This document shows, piece after piece, positions 28,495-35,440 of a DNA stretch of 64,000 bases (its first letter is position 1; the number at the start of each line of letters is the position of its first letter). The translations under genes were made by a program, and so were the position numbers. The stretch is from Patescibacteria group bacterium (GTDB lineage Bacteria > Patescibacteriota > Patescibacteriia > UM-FILTER-42-10). Under the pieces are notes generated by a model. The model did not search any database, had not been told where the DNA came from, and saw only the letters and a program-made list of their open reading frames with translations. Location of the stretch: assembly GCA_041664365.1 (NCBI GenBank), contig JBAYKW010000001.1:71168-135167 (forward strand), written 5' to 3'.

Positions 28495-30144
28495 ATGTCC
28501 CAAACAATATATCGAAAATATCGGCCGCAGTCTTTTAAAGATCTGGTTGATCAAAACCACATACGCATCACACTGATTAACGAATTAGAAAGCGGGAGAA
28601 TCGCGCATGCTTATTTATTTACCGGACCGCGCGGTGTGGGTAAAACAACGATCGCGAGGCTTTTCGCGAAATCCCTGAACTGTAAAAAACGCAAAAAAGA
28701 TTCTGCCGAACCGTGTAACGAATGCTCATCCTGCAAAGACATTATGAAAGGACGGCTACTTGATCTGATTGAAATTGACGCCGCATCTCATACCGGCGTA
28801 GATAATGTCAGACAAAATATAATTGACAATGCCCGCGTTGCAACTGTCTCAAGCACTTACAAAGTATTCATCATAGATGAAGTACACATGCTTTCAATTT
28901 CAGCATTTAATGCTCTATTGAAGACATTGGAGGAACCGCCGGAAAATGTTGTGTTTATCCTAGCGACGACGGAGGTACACAAAGTGCCACAAACCATTAT
29001 TTCCCGTTGTCAGCGTTTTGATTTTCAGAAGGTTGGTGTAAAAGATCTGGTTCTACGGTTGAACACTATTATTAGTCAGGAAAAAGTGCAGATTGATGAT
29101 GCGGTTTTGAAGGCGATTGCCCTGGCATCTGACGGTAGCGTGCGTGATGCGGAAAGTATGCTGGGACAGGTACTGTCACTTGGTGAAAAGAAAATTACCA
29201 TGGACCACATTGATCTGATCGTTCCTCATTCAGACGATACTTTGGTAATCCAATTTTTGAGTTTGGTTGCGATGGGCAACACGCCTGCATCAATAGAACT
29301 GGTAAACAGACTGGTAGATGAAGGCGGTAATGTCAGGAATTTTGTTAAAAATATAATAGAGGTTCTGCGGAGAATTATGTTACTGAATATTTCCAGTTCG
29401 CTGGAGAAATTTGTTGTGTATGAAATGGATGATGAACTCCAGAAAGAAATGACAAATATATCAAATCGTTATGATTCTAAAGAATTGATCCGATGGATTA
29501 ATATTTTCCTAGAAGTTGAACCCATGATTAAAACACAGACTGATATTATACAGCTGCCACTTGAAATAGCTGTTCTTGAGATTATTGAAGGAGATAAAGA
29601 TATATCATTACCGGGTGAAAAAAATCGACCGTCATTTACACCTAGTTTTCAATCTCCGGTTAAAAAGAGTAAAGCCGAAATAAAACCATTACCAACGGTA
29701 CAAAGGATTGTTAAAGAAGAAATTGAACCGATATTTGCTGAAAAGAAGAAGGATGCGAAAACAGATGAAATAAAAAAAGAGGTGCCGATTATTAAACTGT
29801 CAGAAATTGAGAAAAAGTGGAGAACGTTTTTAAAAAAATTAAAAGCGCATAATCATTCTCTGTCGCTTACTTTAAGTGTAGGGGAAGTTGTAGAAATCAG
29901 CGGTAAAATCATTACCATCGCTTTTGGTTTTCAATTCTATATGGACCGGGTGTGGGAGGCAAAAAATAAGCAGATTATTGAAAATGTACTGGATGAGGTT
30001 TATGAAACCCCACTTACTTTCACTTGTGTAATTGATAATGCTCTGAGGGATAAAAAGATACCGGAACACAATAAAAGTGAAGAAGAAAGCAGTGAATTGA
30101 AGGATGCGCTTGACACCTTCGGTGGTAAAGTGGTAGAAGGTTAA
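28495..30144 (+). CDS. dnaX: DNA polymerase III subunit gamma/tau
   Basis: Clamp-loader AAA+ motifs GPRGVGKTT. Zinc module CNECSSC. Walker B IIDEVHML. SRC-containing sensor (SRCQRF). Confidence 0.93.
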   Translation: MSQTIYRKYRPQSFKDLVDQNHIRITLINELESGRIAHAYLFTGPRGVGKTTIARLFAKSLNCKKRKKDSAEPCNECSSCKDIMKGRLLDLIEIDAASHTGVDNVRQNIIDNARVATVSSTYKVFIIDEVHMLSISAFNALLKTLEEPPENVVFILATTEVHKVPQTIISRCQRFDFQKVGVKDLVLRLNTIISQEKVQIDDAVLKAIALASDGSVRDAESMLGQVLSLGEKKITMDHIDLIVPHSDDTLVIQFLSLVAMGNTPASIELVNRLVDEGGNVRNFVKNIIEVLRRIMLLNISSSLEKFVVYEMDDELQKEMTNISNRYDSKELIRWINIFLEVEPMIKTQTDIIQLPLEIAVLEIIEGDKDISLPGEKNRPSFTPSFQSPVKKSKAEIKPLPTVQRIVKEEIEPIFAEKKKDAKTDEIKKEVPIIKLSEIEKKWRTFLKKLKAHNHSLSLTLSVGEVVEISGKIITIAFGFQFYMDRVWEAKNKQIIENVLDEVYETPLTFTCVIDNALRDKKIPEHNKSEEESSELKDALDTFGGKVVEG

Positions 30145-30286
30145 ATAAGAATATTACTGTCACGCGGTAATTGGGGGATTATTTTTTTGAAAAAATCATT
30201 GGGGAGTAGCTCCGTTCATTCCACAAACGGAATGCACGGACGAGCAAGCGGTAATTATTTACATACTTGCTTTAACAATACATCAT

Positions 30287-30340
30287 TGGGGAGTAGCCAA
30301 GTGGTAAGGCAACGGGTTCTGGTCCCGTCACCGGGGGTTC
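30287..30340 (+). pseudogene. tRNA-Gln 5' fragment (positions 1-54, lacking the 3' half)
   Basis: 53/54 nt identical to 30667-30720. It is followed by unrelated GC-rich hairpins, not by the T-loop 3' half or the acceptor 3' strand. Confidence 0.6.
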
Positions 30341-30392
30341 TGCGCCCGAGGCGCACTCGCCTCCGGCGAGGAATCCTAAAATCTAAAACACA

Positions 30393-30662
30393 ATGTATTC
30401 AACCTATGTAATAAAAAGTATACATTTCCAAAGTAGGTACGTTGGCAGTACAGATAATGTTGAAAAAAGAGTAGAAGAACATAATAACGGCAAGTGTAGA
30501 TATACTAAGGGACGATCACCGTGGGTATTGATTTATAAAGAAGATTTTAATAGCAGATCTGAGGCAATGAAAAGAGAAAAGTTTTTGAAATCCGGTAAAG
30601 GTAGAAAATTGCTTGATGAAAAACTGAAAAAAATAGCAGATATCGAAAACAAAAATATTTAA
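30393..30662 (+). CDS. GIY-YIG (URI-domain) nuclease family small protein
   Basis: 89 aa. YVIKS (GIY), YVGST (YIG), RVEEHNNG and W/E/N motifs, as in COG2827/UPF0213 proteins. Confidence 0.8.
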   Translation: MYSTYVIKSIHFQSRYVGSTDNVEKRVEEHNNGKCRYTKGRSPWVLIYKEDFNSRSEAMKREKFLKSGKGRKLLDEKLKKIADIENKNI

Positions 30663-30666
30663 ACGA

Positions 30667-30740
30667 TGGGGAGTAGCCAAGCGGTAAGGCAACGGGTTCT
30701 GGTCCCGTCACCGGGGGTTCGAATCCCTCCTCCCCAGCCA
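30667..30740 (+). tRNA. tRNA-Gln (anticodon CTG)
   Basis: Manual cloverleaf fold. Acceptor TGGGGAG/CTCCCCA. D-arm GCC-AAGCGGTAA-GGC. Anticodon stem ACGGG/CCCGT with loop TTCTGGT. T-arm GGGGG-TTCGAAT-CCCTC. Discriminator G and encoded CCA. Confidence 0.85.
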
Positions 30741-30759
30741 AAAGGATTTTAGAAAGAAT

Positions 30760-30790
30760 CAACGTGAATAGAGCACGTTGTTTTTTTATT
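30760..30790 (+). terminator. Intrinsic terminator downstream of tRNA-Gln
   Basis: CAACGTG-AATAGAG-CACGTTG followed by TTTTTTTATT. Confidence 0.6.
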
Positions 30791-30897
30791 AGTGTGGATT
30801 CGAACGGGCAGAAGCGAAACAATCCGGAGCGAAGTGAAGGAGCAGTAGAGCGTCGACAAATGCGAGCCTGCGTAGCATTTGGCGCTGCCCAGGACGA

Positions 30898-30917
30898 GAA
30901 TCCCTCCTCCCCAACCA
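30898..30917 (+). repeat. Direct repeat of the tRNA-Gln 3' end (att-like)
   Basis: GAATCCCTCCTCCCCAACCA matches tRNA 30721-30740 (GAATCCCTCCTCCCCAGCCA) at 19/20 positions. It lies inside the high-GC island. Confidence 0.5.
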
Positions 30918-30990
30918 CGGGTCATCAGACCCTTCACCTGTCACAACCAAGCAAGCTTGGTTGTTTTAGGTTGCGGGTCTGTGCCCCTTT

Positions 30991-31040
30991 CCCCAACCCG
31001 CCAAGGGCGGGTCGGGGGCCCCATTTTTTGGTTTTATTTT
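30991..31040 (+). terminator. GC-rich intrinsic terminator inside the island
   Basis: CCCGCC-AAG-GGCGGG plus a GGGGGCCCC palindrome, followed by ATTTTTTGGTTTTATTTT. Confidence 0.45.
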
Positions 31041-31183
31041 CTGTCTCGGCGAAGATGAGCTCGGCTAGTCAAGCCAATGCCTTGCGCGCTCCTGTTGCGC
31101 TCAGGATAAATAATGAATAAAGATGTTTGTTTATAAATGGGATTTGAACGGATGTGCTAAGCAAGGACGTTCTGGCTATTATT

Positions 31184-31212
31184 GACATGCCAACCTACAT
31201 AATGTAAGTTGC
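31184..31212 (+). promoter_or_regulatory. Sigma70-type promoter of the Cys-rich gene
   Basis: TTGACA, 17-nt spacer, TAAGTT. Followed by RBS AAAGGGAGG 8 nt before the ATG. Confidence 0.45.
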
Positions 31213-31253
31213 ACACTGCGTAGCTCATCTTCAGTCTGAAAGGGAGGAAAAGC

Positions 31254-31763
31254 ATGAGCTTCAGTGACTTGATATTGCGGATGTACTGTCTTAGTCCATT
31301 CCGCTTCACGGCAACCAAGTGCGGTCATCGCACAAAGCGTACCGGAAAGTTGTCCGCGTTCGGACTCACTGTGATCTGCAGGAGCCCCATGAACACTGAC
31401 GGTTCGGTGGATTACTGTCATGACTGCCTTGGCAGTATGACCATCCAATGCGTGTGGTGCGGTGAACCGATTCTTGTCGGTGATCCGATTACGCTGTACA
31501 CGCCTGCGATTGCACTGTTTGCGCCGGTAGATGAATGGTGTATTCCCAAACATGCGGTCATCTACCGCAAAGAGCATCCTGTTCAACTCGTCGGTTGCCT
31601 CAGAATGAGTTGCGCCGATTCCAGCGCGGATCGAGCAGGGTTCTGGCTTCCGGGTGAAGACGGTAAAGGCCGTGTCCTGCGGGTACAAACTGCACTTGAA
31701 GCCATCCTTAACGCACCTGTATCGTCAATCATGCTGGTGCGCGACACGCACGACTTCGCTTGA
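31254..31763 (+). CDS. Cysteine-rich hypothetical protein (high-GC island cargo)
   Basis: 169 aa with 11 Cys, including CHDC...CVWC. Strong SD. About 56% GC. The antisense ORF 31179-31688 is judged spurious. Confidence 0.5.
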   Translation: MSFSDLILRMYCLSPFRFTATKCGHRTKRTGKLSAFGLTVICRSPMNTDGSVDYCHDCLGSMTIQCVWCGEPILVGDPITLYTPAIALFAPVDEWCIPKHAVIYRKEHPVQLVGCLRMSCADSSADRAGFWLPGEDGKGRVLRVQTALEAILNAPVSSIMLVRDTHDFA

Positions 31764-31923
31764 AGCGATGAATTTGACGTTCATTCCTCTCGATAACCAT
31801 CCGGCTAGGTAGCCACCAAATTCCGGTAGGTATGGCGGGCTGACATTTCATGATGTTAGCTCTTTTTATTGGAAAAATGACTGCATAATTAAACCCCTAT
31901 ACTTAGTTTTATATTTTTTTAAA

Positions 31924-31951
31924 TTGATAATCCGTGCAAATCTGCTATAAT
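31924..31951 (+). promoter_or_regulatory. Sigma70 consensus promoter of rubrerythrin
   Basis: TTGATA, 16-nt spacer, TATAAT. Confidence 0.5.
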
Positions 31952-31958
31952 TAAATCC

Positions 31959-31977
31959 GATATAAATAATCATTAAC
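31959..31977 (+). promoter_or_regulatory. Fur/PerR-box-like site between the -10 element and the rubrerythrin start
   Basis: GATATAAATAATCATTAAC matches the 19-bp Fur box GATAATGATAATCATTATC at 15/19 positions. Confidence 0.3.
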
Positions 31978-31987
31978 ATCAATTGAT

Positions 31988-32563
31988 ATGGGAAATTTAG
32001 CAGGTTCTCAAACAGAAGAAAATTTGCTCAAAGCATTTGCCGGGGAATCACAGGCCAGAATGCGTTATGATTATTTTTCCAAGCAGGCAAAAAAAGAAGG
32101 ACTGGAACAGATCTTCGGGTTTTTTGAGGAGACGGCGATGAACGAACGCGAGCATGCCAAAGTGTTTTTTAAATTCCTGGAAGGCAATATGGTGGAAATT
32201 ACCGCGACCTATCCGGCGGGAAAAATCGGAACTACATTGGAAAACCTGAAAGCGGCGGCGGATGGGGAGAACGAAGAATGGACGAAGCTCTATCCGGAAT
32301 TTGCAAAAGTTGCTGACGAGGAAGGATTTAAGGAAATTGCCAATGCCTTTCGGAATATCGCTAAAGTAGAGGAACAACACGAAAAAAGATACAGAAAACT
32401 GTATCAAAATCTGGACGAAGGAAAAGTATTTGTCAGTGGAGATAAAATAGTCTGGAAATGTCGGAATTGCGGCTATTTGCATGAGGGCACAAAGGCTCCG
32501 AATATCTGCCCGGCTTGCCAGCATCCGCAGGCTCACTTTGAAATATTTAAACAAAATTATTAA
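31988..32563 (+). CDS. rbr: Rubrerythrin
   Basis: Ferritin-like diiron domain (two EXXH motifs). C-terminal rubredoxin-like CxxC...CxxC (CRNCGY...CPACQHP). Confidence 0.9.
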   Translation: MGNLAGSQTEENLLKAFAGESQARMRYDYFSKQAKKEGLEQIFGFFEETAMNEREHAKVFFKFLEGNMVEITATYPAGKIGTTLENLKAAADGENEEWTKLYPEFAKVADEEGFKEIANAFRNIAKVEEQHEKRYRKLYQNLDEGKVFVSGDKIVWKCRNCGYLHEGTKAPNICPACQHPQAHFEIFKQNY

Positions 32564-32584
32564 TAACTAGAAAGGATTAAACCC

Positions 32585-32836
32585 ATGAAAATTACCAAGA
32601 AAAGAGTTCCAACTTCATCGTCAACCGGCGAACACGTTAAGTTCGATAAACTGATTGAACATACCAATAAGATAAAAGGTAAGTACAGCTCGATGGATGA
32701 TGAAACAAAAAAGAAAGTAATGTTGGGTTTGGCGGGTGCATTTGCTATATTGACCAGCATTGCGACGGTAAAAAGAGTGAATAAAACACGAAAAAAGATA
32801 AAGGCTAGAAAGGATTCCAAGCGAGAAGGATTATGA
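32585..32836 (+). CDS. Small hypothetical protein with one TM helix
   Basis: 83 aa, basic, one hydrophobic segment (VMLGLAGAFAILTSIATV). Overlaps the next gene start by 4 nt. Confidence 0.4.
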   Translation: MKITKKRVPTSSSTGEHVKFDKLIEHTNKIKGKYSSMDDETKKKVMLGLAGAFAILTSIATVKRVNKTRKKIKARKDSKREGL

Positions 32837-33879
32837 CCAAAAAAAACCGAAAAGTAAGCGTTGCTTTTTTTGAGGTTGAGCAGTGGGAAAAAGAATATTT
32901 AGAAAAAAGATTAAAAGGATTTGAACTAATTTTTTTTGGTAAAACAGCGGACAAGGAAAGTCTGAACAGTATTCAGAATGTCAGCATCTTGTCTCCTTTT
33001 ATCTATTCTAAAATAAGCAAGGATATTCTATTAGCCCTACCTAACCTGAAATTAGTGGCGACCCGCTCTACCGGATTTGATCACATTGATCTGGTGTCGG
33101 CGCGCAAATTAAATATCAAAGTGGCGAATGTCCCGACGTACGGAGCGAATACGGTTGCGGAGCATACCTTCGCCTTAATCCTTTCGTTGAGCAGGAAAAT
33201 CCATCAGGCTTATGAGCGGACATCACGGGGAAATTTCAGCCTGGAGGGATTGCGCGGTTTTGACCTTAGAGATAAAACGATCGGTGTGGTCGGCGGGGGA
33301 AATATCGGACAGCATGTTGTGCGGATCGCGCAGGGGTTCAACATGAAAGTAATCGTATATGATGTTCACCGCGACCGGAAATTAGCAAAGAAAATGGGTT
33401 TTGAGTATGTGACGCTTAACCGGCTGATCAGTACATCAAATATTATTACCCTCCACGCGCCATATAACAAAAAAACCCATCACATGATCAATAGGCAGAA
33501 TATTAAGCTGGTAAAAGACGGGGCAATGATTATCAATACTGCCCGTGGAGGCCTGATTGATACTACGGCATTAATAGACGGGTTGCGCGACGGCAAGCTA
33601 GCCGGTATTGGATTAGATGTTTTGGAAGAAGAAAAATACATTCTGAAAGAAGAAGCGGAACTATTATCCCCGCACTTCATCAGTAAAAATCAGCAGAATA
33701 TAAAAGAAAATCTGGAGACAGTCGTGGAAGGACATATGCTACTCATGTCGGATAAAGTTGTAGTAACTCCGCACAATGCATTTAACAGCAAGGAGGCACT
33801 GGAAAGAATATTGGATACGACCATTGAAAATATTACTTCCTTCAGTAAGAAAATAAGGATGAAAAACTTAGTTAAATAG
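32833..33879 (+). CDS. D-isomer-specific 2-hydroxyacid dehydrogenase (NAD-binding)
   Basis: GVVGGGNIGQHV Rossmann motif. Catalytic R/E/H positions of the D-2-HDH family. Confidence 0.85.
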   Translation: MTKKNRKVSVAFFEVEQWEKEYLEKRLKGFELIFFGKTADKESLNSIQNVSILSPFIYSKISKDILLALPNLKLVATRSTGFDHIDLVSARKLNIKVANVPTYGANTVAEHTFALILSLSRKIHQAYERTSRGNFSLEGLRGFDLRDKTIGVVGGGNIGQHVVRIAQGFNMKVIVYDVHRDRKLAKKMGFEYVTLNRLISTSNIITLHAPYNKKTHHMINRQNIKLVKDGAMIINTARGGLIDTTALIDGLRDGKLAGIGLDVLEEEKYILKEEAELLSPHFISKNQQNIKENLETVVEGHMLLMSDKVVVTPHNAFNSKEALERILDTTIENITSFSKKIRMKNLVK

Positions 33880-33892
33880 CTTGAGCCAGTTC

Positions 33893-33923
33893 AAAAAAAC
33901 CGTCTGATTTAGACGGTTTTTTG
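33893..33923 (+). terminator. Intrinsic terminator
   Basis: A7-CCGTCT-GATTT-AGACGG-T6. Confidence 0.6.
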
Positions 33924-33954
33924 TTATTGATATTCTTGATATACTTATTATGTA

Positions 33955-34752
33955 ATGAAAAGAAAAGCACTAATTCTTGGCGCTACGGGATATTTAGGGT
34001 CGGAAGTTGTAAATAACGCTCCCGAAAATCTTGTTTTGTATTTTGGAAGTAGAGATGTGAGAATCGCAGGACATAATCAAGTAATGGTCGACCTGCTTGA
34101 TTATGATACCGTAAAAAAGGCGATTGCTGATATTGCTCCTGACATTATTATTCATTCGGCAAGATTAGGCGAATTTGATGATGATCCAGTAAAGGCCAAA
34201 GAGGTAACCGCGAACTTAGTCTCATCCATTAAATCAGTTAGCGCGAGATTGATTTATATGTCTTCAGACGCGGTGTTTGACGGAACAAAGGGAGAATATA
34301 AAGAAGACAGCAGGGGTAACCCCGTGACCGATTATGGCAGGGCAAAATTAGCAGCAGAAAATGTAATCAAATCTGAGATGGATAATTATACAATCATTCG
34401 TGCCGGGTATATTTATGGCGTTGGGGCGAAGGGGATGGACCGAAGATGTGAAAAAATACTCGCAGAAACGAAGGATGGAAAAAAAGTAAAAAGATTTAAC
34501 GACGTGTTTAGAACCCCGATCCATGTTACAAAATTGGCTAAGTTTATTTGGAAACTGGTGGGGTCGGATTTTAAAGGGATTATTCATGTTGGTGAAGAGA
34601 AGCAGAGCGTCTACCAGTTTAGCCAAAAGATTTTAAAAGATGCTGGTGCAGACAGTAGCCTGGTTGAATCTGATTCTGCAAGAGATAAGGGATTAAATAT
34701 CGCAATAGACACGTCTCTAAACACAAAGCTTTATCATACTTTAATAAAATAA
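33955..34752 (+). CDS. RmlD-like NAD(P)-dependent reductase (dTDP-4-dehydrorhamnose reductase family)
   Basis: GATGYLGS Rossmann motif. RmlD substrate-domain pattern SSDAVFDG...Y.E.D...P...YG..K..AE. Confidence 0.7.
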   Translation: MKRKALILGATGYLGSEVVNNAPENLVLYFGSRDVRIAGHNQVMVDLLDYDTVKKAIADIAPDIIIHSARLGEFDDDPVKAKEVTANLVSSIKSVSARLIYMSSDAVFDGTKGEYKEDSRGNPVTDYGRAKLAAENVIKSEMDNYTIIRAGYIYGVGAKGMDRRCEKILAETKDGKKVKRFNDVFRTPIHVTKLAKFIWKLVGSDFKGIIHVGEEKQSVYQFSQKILKDAGADSSLVESDSARDKGLNIAIDTSLNTKLYHTLIK

Positions 34753-34786
34753 AAACAGTCCCAGAGAGCGAAGGAACTGTTTTTTA
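34753..34786 (+). terminator. Intrinsic terminator
   Basis: AAACAGT-N16-ACTGTTT followed by TTTAG. Confidence 0.55.
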
Positions 34787-34863
34787 GTATTTATCTGTCA
34801 GTGGCGTGTTCTATGAGTATGTATAATTTGTTACATAACAATTTATATTGTGTTGTTTTGGTT

Positions 34864-34942
34864 AAATAAAAAAATGGACCGTTGAACTGAAGGCAGTTCT
34901 CGGGTCCCTTATCAGGAATGTGCGATAGCCGTATTAGACGGC
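34864..34942 (-). repeat. 3' module copy A: Rho-independent terminator plus stop-proximal hairpin, repeated after both island genes
   Basis: On the minus strand: GCCGTCTAATACGGC hairpin, then GGACC-CGA-GAACTG-CCTTC-CAGTTC-AAC-GGTCC, then ATTTTTTTATTT. Confidence 0.6.
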
Positions 34943-34946
34943 GCAG

Positions 34947-35270
34947 TTAGGGGTTATCTGGTGGGACGAGGATCATGTTGAGCGACATACCGAGCTTGCC
35001 GAGTTTCTCGATGAGATCGATCAATGTCCTTCTACCAAAGTTCCGGACCGACATGAGGTCTTCTTCGGTCGTGAGGACAAGATCGAGGATGGTGCGTATG
35101 TGGAGATCACGGCAGGCGTGCTTCATCCGTACAGAGGCATCTAATTCTGCCACTTTCATGCACACCACTTGGATGGGGATAACGACTGTGTTGCCATCCT
35201 GTGCGCGGAGTGGAATACACAGTTCACCCGATTGTCTCACGATCATGCCAACGGCTAGTAGCTTACTCAT
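34947..35270 (-). CDS. Free-standing RNA polymerase alpha-subunit C-terminal domain (alphaCTD) protein
   Basis: Start taken at MSKLLAVGM, with SD AGGAGGAGGTGA 4 nt upstream. The track start MEHRL lacks an RBS. The C-terminal 65 aa align in pattern with E. coli RpoA 250-315 (ELDASVRMKHACRDLHIRTILDLVLTTEEDLMSVRNFGRRTLIDLIEKLGKLGMSL vs [55 protein letters not shown]). About 60% GC. Confidence 0.65.
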   Translation of the reverse strand: MSKLLAVGMIVRQSGELCIPLRAQDGNTVVIPIQVVCMKVAELDASVRMKHACRDLHIRTILDLVLTTEEDLMSVRNFGRRTLIDLIEKLGKLGMSLNMILVPPDNP

Positions 35271-35361
35271 CTGTTCACCTCCTCCTATGGAGCAGTCTAA
35301 AGAGACACAAAGGCGATGCTCCATCGTAATTTAATGTTTCTAAATTGTCAAGCCCCGTTTG

Positions 35362-35440
35362 AAATAAAAAAATGGACCTTTGAACAGAAGCTGTTCGCAG
35401 GTCCTTCACGGGAATGAGCGGGTGGCCGTACTAGACGGCC
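35362..35440 (-). repeat. 3' module copy B (after pepT)
   Basis: About 80% identical to copy A. The inner stem is GAACAG/CTGTTC where A has GAACTG/CAGTTC, a compensatory double substitution preserving pairing. The pepT stop codon sits in the GGCCGTACTAGACGGCC hairpin. Confidence 0.6.

Noticed and set aside
30287-30370. Possibility that the upstream tRNA-like sequence is a second functional tRNA-Gln
   Set aside because: The sequence downstream of GGGGGTTC lacks a complementary T-stem 3' strand and an acceptor 3' strand, so no cloverleaf can be completed.
30187-30411. 74-aa ORF spanning the tRNA-Gln 5' fragment
   Set aside because: It reads through a tRNA-derived sequence and GC hairpins and is an artefact of ORF calling. 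The region is better explained as duplicated tRNA DNA.
30800-30830. Inverted GGATTCGAAC (T-loop-like) motif as a minus-strand tRNA
   Set aside because: Only the 10-nt T-loop consensus is present. The flanking sequence cannot form T or acceptor stems.
30764-31120. 118-aa ORF across the att-like repeat and GC-rich terminators
   Set aside because: It covers two terminator hairpins and the tRNA 3' repeat, has no RBS, and is likely non-coding island junction.
31179-31688. 169-aa minus-strand ORF mirroring the Cys-rich gene
   Set aside because: The plus-strand gene has a TTGACA-N17 promoter and an AAAGGGAGG SD. The minus-strand ORF has neither and is a high-GC antisense artefact.
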